From NCBI GenBank assembly GCA_051117555.1, contig JBNPEG010000184.1, forward strand, positions 24 to 64,023: a stretch of 64,000 nt of DNA, written 5' to 3'. The notes under the pieces are model-generated. The model saw nothing but the letters and a program-made list of their open reading frames with translations. It ran no database searches and was not told the DNA's origin. This document shows positions 7,748 through 15,155 of this stretch, in pieces (the stretch's first letter is position 1; every line of letters begins with the position of its first letter). Position numbers and translations under genes: made by a program. This DNA comes from Elainellaceae cyanobacterium (lineage in GTDB: Bacteria > Cyanobacteriota > Cyanobacteriia > CAZCXK01).

Positions 7748-9781
7748 ATGACACATTCGCCAAAGAATTCCAATTCTACTCATCAACAGGCTGGAACCAA
7801 CGGTCATAGTAACCAAGGCGGACACAGCGGGCACGGACATCACAGCCCTGACATGTTTCGACGAAAGTTTTGGATTAGTGTGATCCTGACGATCCCAATC
7901 TTATACTTCTCACCTCAGTTGCAAGACTGGCTCGGCTATCAAGCTGCTCAGTTTCCAGGGTCAGCTTGGATTAGCCCTATTCTGGCGATCGCCATCTACT
8001 TTTATGGAGGGTGGGTCTTTTTGCAAGGTGCGTGGCACGAATTCCAAAGCCGCATTGGCATGATGACGCTGATTGCGCTGGCGATTACCGTCGCATTTAT
8101 CTACAGCTTGGCAGTTTCCCTCGGGCTCTCAGGCACTCCCTTTTATTGGGAACTAGCGACCCTGATCGATATTATGTTGCTGGGTCACTGGGTTGAAATG
8201 GCATCCGTTCAGCGTGCGAGCAAAGCCCTAGAGCAACTGGCAGAACTCGTTCCGTCACAAGCCCATCGCATCACAGATGGAGACATCGAAGACGTGTCTG
8301 TCAGCGAGATTCAGACTGATGATGTGGTACTGATTCGTCCAGGAGAACAAATTCCCAATGATGGGGTTGTCATTGACGGAGAAACCAGCGTTAACGAGTC
8401 ATTCTTAACGGGGGAGTCGCGCCCAATTCCCAAACAAGATGGGGATGAAGTCGTTGCGGGTGCGGTAAATGGGGAAGGAGCGATCAAAGTTAAGGTGACG
8501 CGCACAGGAGATGAGACAACCCTCAACCAAATGATGCGATTAGTTGAAGAGGCTCAGTCGTCTCGCAGTGGCTATCAGCTACTTGCGGATCGTGCTGCCG
8601 CTTGGCTCACCTTTATTGCGATCGCAGCTGGAGTCGCCACATTTATTGTCTGGCTATCGTTGCAAGACCTTTTATTTGCCATCAATCGGAGCGTCACCGT
8701 GTTGGTGATTACGTGCCCCCATGCGCTAGGGTTAGCAATCCCGTTGGTGATTGTTAATGCAACGGCACTGGCTGCAAATAACGGGATCTTAGTTCGCAAT
8801 CGAGATGCGCTGGAGCGCGCGCGTAATATCAAGCTTGTGGCATTTGATAAGACCGGAACTTTGACCCAGGGCACGTTTGGCGTTCAGCATGTATACACCG
8901 ATAACTGGAATGAATCGGATGCATTGGCGATCGCTGCTGCCCTGGAAATCCCGTCTGAGCATTCCCTAGCTGCTGCCATCGTTGATTCTGCCAAAGAGCG
9001 TCAGCTTCAAATTCCTGAGGTTGAAGACTTTAAGCCTGTTGCCGGACGAGGAGTGCAAGGTCAACTACACAGCAAACACTATCGAATTGGTCGTCCTGAA
9101 TGGTTGAAAGAATTAGATCTAGCTCTACCCCCTGCGCTTCAAGATGGACTGGATGATGCCAATCAGCGGGGTGAAAGCGCAGTAGTGATGGTTGAAGATG
9201 ACACGCCCGTTGCCGTGATCTCAATGGCTGATCAGATTCGGCAGCAGGCTCGGCAAGCGATTCAAGATCTGAAAGCGCTTGATATTCAGGTGGCGATGGT
9301 GACGGGCGATGCAGAAGCAGTTGCACGCACCGTGGCGGATGAGCTCGGAATCGATCGGTATTATGCTCGCGTACTTCCCGAAGATAAAGTAGATATTATC
9401 AAACGGCTCAAGCGGGACGGGGCGATCGCTTTTGTAGGCGATGGTATTAACGATGCGGCTGCCTTACTAGAAGCAGATTTAGGCATTGCCATTGGTGCGG
9501 GTACGAATGTGGCGATTGAGTCGGCTGATTTGGTTCTGATTGAGGATAGCCCGCTAGATGCCGTAAAAGCCTTGCGACTTGCTCGAAAGACCTATGGCAA
9601 AATGATTCAAAATATTTTTTGGGCAACGGGCTACAACGTGATTGCAATCCCGCTTGCGGCAGGCGTTGCATACGCATGGGGGATTCTACTCTCTCCGGCA
9701 GTAGGGGCCATCATCATGAGTTTGTCGACGGTCATTGTGGCCATAAATGCGGTGTTGCTACGTCGAGCTAAACTTGCCTAG
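7748..9781 (+). CDS. Heavy-metal-translocating P1B-type ATPase (CopB-like; His-rich N-terminus with a CPH motif).
   Basis: The N-terminus is histidine-rich (GHSNQGGHSGHGHHSPD). The actuator motif LTGESRP, the TM6 motif CPH (VITCPHALGLAIP), the phosphorylation motif DKTGTLT and the hinge VGDGINDAAAL are all present. Confidence 0.9.
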   Translation: MTHSPKNSNSTHQQAGTNGHSNQGGHSGHGHHSPDMFRRKFWISVILTIPILYFSPQLQDWLGYQAAQFPGSAWISPILAIAIYFYGGWVFLQGAWHEFQSRIGMMTLIALAITVAFIYSLAVSLGLSGTPFYWELATLIDIMLLGHWVEMASVQRASKALEQLAELVPSQAHRITDGDIEDVSVSEIQTDDVVLIRPGEQIPNDGVVIDGETSVNESFLTGESRPIPKQDGDEVVAGAVNGEGAIKVKVTRTGDETTLNQMMRLVEEAQSSRSGYQLLADRAAAWLTFIAIAAGVATFIVWLSLQDLLFAINRSVTVLVITCPHALGLAIPLVIVNATALAANNGILVRNRDALERARNIKLVAFDKTGTLTQGTFGVQHVYTDNWNESDALAIAAALEIPSEHSLAAAIVDSAKERQLQIPEVEDFKPVAGRGVQGQLHSKHYRIGRPEWLKELDLALPPALQDGLDDANQRGESAVVMVEDDTPVAVISMADQIRQQARQAIQDLKALDIQVAMVTGDAEAVARTVADELGIDRYYARVLPEDKVDIIKRLKRDGAIAFVGDGINDAAALLEADLGIAIGAGTNVAIESADLVLIEDSPLDAVKALRLARKTYGKMIQNIFWATGYNVIAIPLAAGVAYAWGILLSPAVGAIIMSLSTVIVAINAVLLRRAKLA

Positions 9782-9871
9782 GTCATGCGATCGCACGTCA
9801 GCAATAGTTGATAATAAGTGGAAAGCCCGATTTATTTGTGTTCACATCCTTAGTAGTACGCGGCAATAGTA

Positions 9872-12145
9872 TTAAGCAAGGGGTAAAAACTCGGCTTCGA
9901 CCTCACTCCGAACGCTCTCATTGGCGGCAAAGACTAGCAATCGAACCGGCATATCATTGTCGAGTTCAATGTCATCAACTTGGATGCCTTGAGAAGAAAG
10001 ATTAAATTCAATCGGGGAGATGCCATCGGGCTGTACTTCAAACGCATCCGCTACGGTAAAATCGAGCGGCAGATCGATTTCGACATCGGGGCTAGATTCA
10101 TCAAATATCCAGTGGGGAACACTGCCTTCAGAATTCACCAGCAGACATTCTAAGTCACTCGGTTCACTCTCGGTATCGAGGCTAATGATGGGGACAATCA
10201 ACGCATCACGCGCTTGAATCACTTCAACAAGTGTTTCATCGTCTGATGATGCAGCTCCTGTTACGTCACCTTCCCGGAGCCACGGTCGGACGGCTCGAAC
10301 CATTGCATTCATATCGGCGATCGCTTGCCACCGTTCAGGTGCTTCTTCGGCTTCATCCTGGTTGACCTGAAACCACAACAGTCCTTTTGCTCCTGCGGCA
10401 ACTGCCATCATTCCTTGAGCCAAAATTTCTTGCGGGTCAGGCTGCACGCTAAATTCATCTCCTCCCAAAAGTGGGCTGCGATTCCAAGCCGGAGACAGCC
10501 CCTGAGTATACATCCACGTCGTGAGAGGCATATGGTTGTTGCGGGTGTTACGAAGATAGTCGAACGTAGCTCGCAGAGGAGGATGTTCACCGAATGATGT
10601 CACATGGGGCGCACAGGCGGCGGTGTAAAAGTCCATCCCTTGGATATCGGTCATGCCTGCAAATGAACCGATATGTTTATTCGTTTTGCCCCCATTAAAC
10701 GTCGGAAGTTCGGGATATCGCTGCCACGATCGCCACGAGTCTCGTGCTTTCAGGGCAGGAATTGGAATGCCCGTATCATCGTCATAGATGGTATCGTCTG
10801 ATTCATCGCCTGTGACAACGGCAGCAATACCAGAGGTGTTTGTAAAGTCTGGAAAGTTTCGACCGGGGTTGATATAGGGGTTGTAGTTGACAAAGGCGCT
10901 AAAGCCTTCCAAGCTCCCTAACTCATCGTTGATTACTGTATAAGGATCACACACTCCATCGTCACAGGTCGTCCCGTTCACAAAAATCGTATCAATCCCG
11001 GCCTCACGGATATTTTGATAGTTTTCGACGTTTCCCGATGGAAATGGGCGTTCTGATGTATTATTCCACGCCATTACCGGGAAAAACTCAGGAATAACGC
11101 GCCCCGTTCCCACCGCCGCCGCCGCATTTGCGTATTCCACCACCACAGTCCAAGCATCACCCGGAGCAGTAGGCTCTGCTAAAGGAACTGTCCATAGATC
11201 GTGGGACTCTGCGGCAATCGTTCGATCAGAAATTGCGGCAGGATTAGATTGCAAGATATCGACCCCATTCACCCAAACCCGCTCAACCTGATGAGCGATT
11301 TCATCGGTATTTTGTACATGAATGATAAAACTAGAGTAGTTGTCAGCAGTCGTGACATAGGTAAGCGGCGCTGGCGTTTGCGCGACAGAGAAGCGCCCGT
11401 CGACTACGATACCCTGATTCGTTTCGACTCGAATCGAGCCGCTATCGACAGCATCCCATTTGGCATCACGAGAATGAAAGTTAACCCAGATAGGCTCTCC
11501 CGCTTCAGCGCGTCGAGGCCACACATGCACCCATTCAAATGGGGGAGTTTCGCTAGGATTGCGTTCATAGATGACTTGCCGTTCGATGCCATCAATAGAA
11601 ACGTGAGTGACTCGTCCAGACGATTGAGCCGTCGTCGCAATTTGGATTCGCCCGCCCGTTAGAGGTTCAGGTGTGTCTTCATCGTAGACATCGTTCGGGA
11701 AAAAAAAGTCTTTGCGATAGGTTGCAAAGATGGACGGAGCTGTTGAAATATCGGTTGATGGCGTTGCAGGGGAAGAAAGGGATTTGGATTCGCGGATCAG
11801 GCTGTCATCAATTTGAGAGCCTGATGACGTGGGTGCAACGAGCGCATCGTTGGCTCTCCCGCCGATGAGCGATCGCCCCCTCGAACCCTCAGATTGATTT
11901 GAAGTATCACGCGTAGTCCGCCGGAACCGTTGATCAAGGAGGGATTCAGAGTCAGGCAATAAGGAGCTATCAGGTCTAGTTTCGACCAATTCAGCAGCGG
12001 CAACATCAGGGGCAGCAAGTATCTGTCGCGTCGTCTGTTGAGATATGAGGGTTGGACGTGAAAAAAGGGGATCTTCAGATTGGGAACGAATCAGGTTGGT
12101 AGTTAGCGACCCTTCATCAGACAGTAGAGTGTTGATTAGCTCCAT
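9872..12145 (-). CDS. Hypothetical 757-aa protein. It has a Ser/Thr/Pro-rich, probably disordered N-terminal region of about 150 aa and then a large domain of unrecognised family.
   Basis: It is a long uninterrupted ORF with coding-like composition. No Walker, catalytic or repeat motifs were recognised. It is convergent with the ATPase gene. Confidence 0.6.
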   Translation of the reverse strand: MELINTLLSDEGSLTTNLIRSQSEDPLFSRPTLISQQTTRQILAAPDVAAAELVETRPDSSLLPDSESLLDQRFRRTTRDTSNQSEGSRGRSLIGGRANDALVAPTSSGSQIDDSLIRESKSLSSPATPSTDISTAPSIFATYRKDFFFPNDVYDEDTPEPLTGGRIQIATTAQSSGRVTHVSIDGIERQVIYERNPSETPPFEWVHVWPRRAEAGEPIWVNFHSRDAKWDAVDSGSIRVETNQGIVVDGRFSVAQTPAPLTYVTTADNYSSFIIHVQNTDEIAHQVERVWVNGVDILQSNPAAISDRTIAAESHDLWTVPLAEPTAPGDAWTVVVEYANAAAAVGTGRVIPEFFPVMAWNNTSERPFPSGNVENYQNIREAGIDTIFVNGTTCDDGVCDPYTVINDELGSLEGFSAFVNYNPYINPGRNFPDFTNTSGIAAVVTGDESDDTIYDDDTGIPIPALKARDSWRSWQRYPELPTFNGGKTNKHIGSFAGMTDIQGMDFYTAACAPHVTSFGEHPPLRATFDYLRNTRNNHMPLTTWMYTQGLSPAWNRSPLLGGDEFSVQPDPQEILAQGMMAVAAGAKGLLWFQVNQDEAEEAPERWQAIADMNAMVRAVRPWLREGDVTGAASSDDETLVEVIQARDALIVPIISLDTESEPSDLECLLVNSEGSVPHWIFDESSPDVEIDLPLDFTVADAFEVQPDGISPIEFNLSSQGIQVDDIELDNDMPVRLLVFAANESVRSEVEAEFLPLA

Positions 12146-12299
12146 CGTGGCTTAATTCAACTTCAATCTAAGTACATTCTGACAGTAGCGGAGTGTAATG
12201 ACTTCGTGAAGTTACTGATTCGATAAACCGCTATGATTTCATCAAATCGTTACACTAGCTGACTAATTCTTTATCTTCTAAGTAGGTGGGCGGAATCAA

Positions 12300-12593
12300 A
12301 TGTAGTGGCGTGGCACAGCTAAAATAATGCATTGGTAGGGTGTCGTTAGCGCAGCGTAACACACCGGGTTCAAGAGCTTCAGCCCTTTAAGAATTTGCAC
12401 TATTTCAGGCATGTCACACCAGTAGGATGGGTATAGCCCTTCGGGCATGGCTTCGCTAAAGCGATAGCGTAACCCATGCGGGCGTTGGGTTATTGCCTTC
12501 GGCAAGGCTGCGCCTTTCTTGAATGCCCCTTGGGCTATACGTACCTCAACTCAACCTACACAGGTCTCATATTTAATTAGTCCCACCTACTTA
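12300..12593 (-). promoter_or_regulatory. Structured 5'-leader element, copy R. It is the inverted counterpart of 2420-2530, with its 46-bp core at 12548-12593 (44/46 identical).
   Basis: The reverse complement reads taagtaggtgggactaattaaatatgagacctgtgtaggttgagtt, then diverged hairpin-rich sequence that shares taacccaac and gggttacgcta blocks with copy L. It lies upstream of the minus-strand 757-aa gene (start at 12145), in the same orientation. Confidence 0.55.
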
Positions 12594-12770
12594 TAGCGTT
12601 GAAATAATCTAAGATTTCTAAGAGAACCGTAGTTAAACGATGCCGCAGGGTGCCGTTGGGCGTGGCCGTAATGCACTATCAGAATTAGTTTTGGTGCGTC
12701 ACGCTGGGCGATGACGACACCCTACGAAAATTGCGTCCAGCTACTTAAGGTGTTTATCAAGAGGTTATCC

Positions 12771-13373
12771 GTGAGTCAAGTTCAATCTGTTTCAGGACGA
12801 GGTATTCCGCTCAGCGGCAACGACATTGATACCGATCGCATCATTCCCGCACGATTTCTCAAATGCGTCACCTTTGATGGCTTAGGCGAGCATGCCTTTG
12901 AAGACGATCGCCAACAGCTAGAGGGAACACATCCGTTTGACCAGCCCCAGTATCAAGACGCAAGTATATTGGTCGTCAACCGCAACTTTGGCTGTGGATC
13001 ATCGCGAGAACATGCCCCGCAGGCGATCGCCAAGTGGGGCATCAACGCCTTGGTGGGTGAAAGCTTTGCAGAAATCTTTTTTGGTAACTGCGTTGCAATG
13101 GGAATTCCATGCGTGACGGCTGAAGCGGCTGATGTGAAACATCTGCAAGAGGCGATCGCAACCGATCCCCACGTTGAGATTCGAGTCGATTTGATGACCC
13201 TGCAAGCTACCTGTGGAGACCTGTCTATTCCAATCTCGATGGGCGAAGGTCCGCGTCAAATGTTTATCACAGGCACATGGGACGCGTGCGGTCAGCTTGT
13301 GGCTCAAGAGCAGCAAATCAAAGAAACGGCGGCCACACTTCCCTACGTCACGTGGAGTCGCTTGACGGCTTGA
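12771..13373 (+). CDS. leuD: 3-isopropylmalate dehydratase small subunit-like (aconitase C-terminal swivel domain).
   Basis: Motifs [20 protein letters not shown] and [22 protein letters not shown] are typical of LeuD and aconitase X swivel domains. I chose the GTG at 12771 with an upstream aagagg Shine-Dalgarno sequence as the start. The listed ORF begins upstream at 12711. Confidence 0.75.
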   Translation: MSQVQSVSGRGIPLSGNDIDTDRIIPARFLKCVTFDGLGEHAFEDDRQQLEGTHPFDQPQYQDASILVVNRNFGCGSSREHAPQAIAKWGINALVGESFAEIFFGNCVAMGIPCVTAEAADVKHLQEAIATDPHVEIRVDLMTLQATCGDLSIPISMGEGPRQMFITGTWDACGQLVAQEQQIKETAATLPYVTWSRLTA

Positions 13374-13499
13374 TGGAGTAGTAAGAGGATGTTTGAAAAG
13401 AGTCTGGCGGTTATAGACGCTTGCGGCTTCTCGAAGAGTAAACCGCGCCTATACAAATAAAGTCCGCCTACGCGGACTCTGGCAAAACCACGAGTTTAG

Positions 13500-13522
13500 A
13501 ACCTGCGGAGGCAGGTTTTGTC
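13500..13522 (+). terminator. Candidate intrinsic terminator downstream of leuD. The hairpin aacctgcggaggcaggtt is followed by tttg, and it is flanked by two further hairpins (13461-13478 and 13526-13551).
   Basis: A GC-rich inverted repeat with a short U-run is present. There are three consecutive perfect or near-perfect hairpins between the convergent genes. Confidence 0.4.
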
Positions 13523-13566
13523 TGTGTAGCCGCAGTTAAAACTGCCGCTACAAACCGTTTTGTCAG

Positions 13567-14025
13567 TCAATCAGATAGACCTACACTACAAGTTTGTTCT
13601 GACATTTGGTTGGGTTGATTTTCGACATCCCAACCAAACGTCTGTGCAAGCTGTTGAGGTAACATAACGGGATTAAACGGCTTGGCGATCGCCCCTTTCG
13701 CGCCAAGTTGCTCAAGCTGTTGGGAGGTAAACCACCTCGCTTTTGCCGTTAGCAACATCACTGGAATCGAAGCCAGCAGTGTATGCTGCTTGAGCGTTTC
13801 AAGAAATGAAACACCATCTGCTTGGGGTGATACAATGTCGAGCAAAATCGCATCCGGTTGCGTCGTAGTGAGAAACGCCAACCCTTCTTGCATTGAGGCA
13901 ACAGAAACGACGTCCCATCCACCCAAGTCGGTCAGACATGCATGAACAATCTCACGCACGTTTGCCTCGTCATCAATGAGCAGAATTACTTTGGTTAACA
14001 TGCTTAACGTTTGAGCAACATCCAA
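13567..14025 (-). CDS. Single-domain response regulator (CheY-like receiver).
   Basis: The receiver sequence ILLIDDEANVREIVHACL...DAILLDIVSPQADG...MLTAKA has an acidic pocket, the phospho-acceptor Asp in LLD, and a conserved Thr and Lys. Confidence 0.85.
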   Translation of the reverse strand: MDVAQTLSMLTKVILLIDDEANVREIVHACLTDLGGWDVVSVASMQEGLAFLTTTQPDAILLDIVSPQADGVSFLETLKQHTLLASIPVMLLTAKARWFTSQQLEQLGAKGAIAKPFNPVMLPQQLAQTFGWDVENQPNQMSEQTCSVGLSD

Positions 14026-14127
14026 CCGAGCTATAGCTCGACCCTAAACGATAAACATAAGGAATTTATAAGACGCTTGCCTGAGACCCATTCTTCACAT
14101 TGAAAGGGAACTACGAGACGACATTAT

Positions 14128-14313
14128 TAAGATTGTCATCGACAAACATAGGATTGTAGCTATTACAGAAGGATTGTTATTCTTCAACATAAGATTGTGG
14201 CGATCGCAGAAGGATTATTATCAACAAATGTAAGATTGTAGCTGCTACAGAAGGATTGTCATCGACAAACATAAGATTGCAATCATTACAGAAGGATTGT
14301 CAGCGACAAACAT
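14128..14313. repeat. Tandem array of about 4.5 copies of a 41-bp unit, aaGATTGT-N10-caGAAGGATTGT-N9-aACAT. The GATTGT core therefore recurs about every 20-21 bp.
   Basis: Directly visible: aagattgtagctattacagaaggattgttattcttcaacat, aagattgtggcgatcgcagaaggattattatcaacaaatgt, aagattgtagctgctacagaaggattgtcatcgacaaacat and aagattgcaatcattacagaaggattgtcagcgacaaacat. It sits in the divergent intergenic region between the response regulator and a secreted-protein gene. Confidence 0.85.
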
Positions 14314-14621
14314 GCCAGTGTCATAGAGCAACATCAAATGATCAAGGCTCGACATATGAATGTCATCTATGATCATTGAATTGCGATGACCCACATTGGT
14401 TTGATTTATCCTACAGAAGCATGGCGATCGCTCAACATATGCACGCGTTACAGCCGCCCTGCGATCGCTCAAGATTCCGGCATCAATCATCGATAATAGT
14501 CGTCGAGTGTCCTTTACATCGACGTTCGTGCTCGAATAGCGTGAGATTTGTAACGGTTTTTGGAAACCGTCTGCTCAAGGTCGTATCTACTGGATCTACC
14601 GCTTTGAGCAGAGCGATTCCT

Positions 14622-15122
14622 ATGTCAAAAACTCTATCGAAATTCCTGATTTTGGTCGTGTTGACCCTCGGGTTACTGCTGTCATGCCGAGTTGTTTTTG
14701 GGCTTCACGGTGAGCTGTCTCTGATTCAGCTTCAAGCTGCACCCGAAATGGTTGACATCGATGGACACACCTATGTTCTCGAAACTAATCTTTGGCAAGA
14801 CTTTATACCGACAATTTCACCGGGCGATCGCTCGTTGATTGCGCTCATCCGCATTACAGCGACCACGTCTCCAGAGTTTCCGTCCTCTGTTCGTGCGGAT
14901 CGTCTTTGGCTCATCAGAGATGAGCGAATTTGGGAAACGGTTTTCTCAGACGAACCTCGCCCCGCGGGTGCGTATCGTCCGAATCAGCTTGAAGAAATTG
15001 CCAGAAACGGCCCTAGTTGGGAACCTGGCAGCCGCGTGGATGCAGTCGTGCGACTCGTGGATTCCCAAAATCACACCTATTTATTACGGGCATCCCATCA
15101 GTTAATTCACCAGACGGATTAA
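14622..15122 (+). CDS. Hypothetical exported or membrane-anchored protein (166 aa).
   Basis: An in-frame ATG at 14622 gives MSKTLSKFLILVVLTLGLLLSCRVVFG, a signal peptide or N-terminal anchor. The listed ORF starts at 14376, but its upstream part lacks coding features and overlaps the repeat region. Confidence 0.55.
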   Translation: MSKTLSKFLILVVLTLGLLLSCRVVFGLHGELSLIQLQAAPEMVDIDGHTYVLETNLWQDFIPTISPGDRSLIALIRITATTSPEFPSSVRADRLWLIRDERIWETVFSDEPRPAGAYRPNQLEEIARNGPSWEPGSRVDAVVRLVDSQNHTYLLRASHQLIHQTD

Positions 15123-15155
15123 TCACTCGGTTGCCAAAGCAGCATTGGACATAAT

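Noticed and set aside
12296-12505. A 69-aa minus-strand ORF.
   Set aside because: It lies inside the hairpin-rich leader element copy R and has no RBS or homology features. It is likely a chance ORF.
2420-12593. A classical IS or composite transposon delimited by the 46-bp inverted repeats.
   Set aside because: No transposase, integrase or recombinase ORF is present anywhere in the window. Both copies are embedded in longer diverged structured sequence positioned as gene leaders. I kept this as an open alternative in the findings, not as a called mobile element.
14128-14313. A possible CRISPR array or iteron origin.
   Set aside because: There are no spacers. The 41-bp units are contiguous and sit in a divergent promoter region, with no rep or cas genes nearby.
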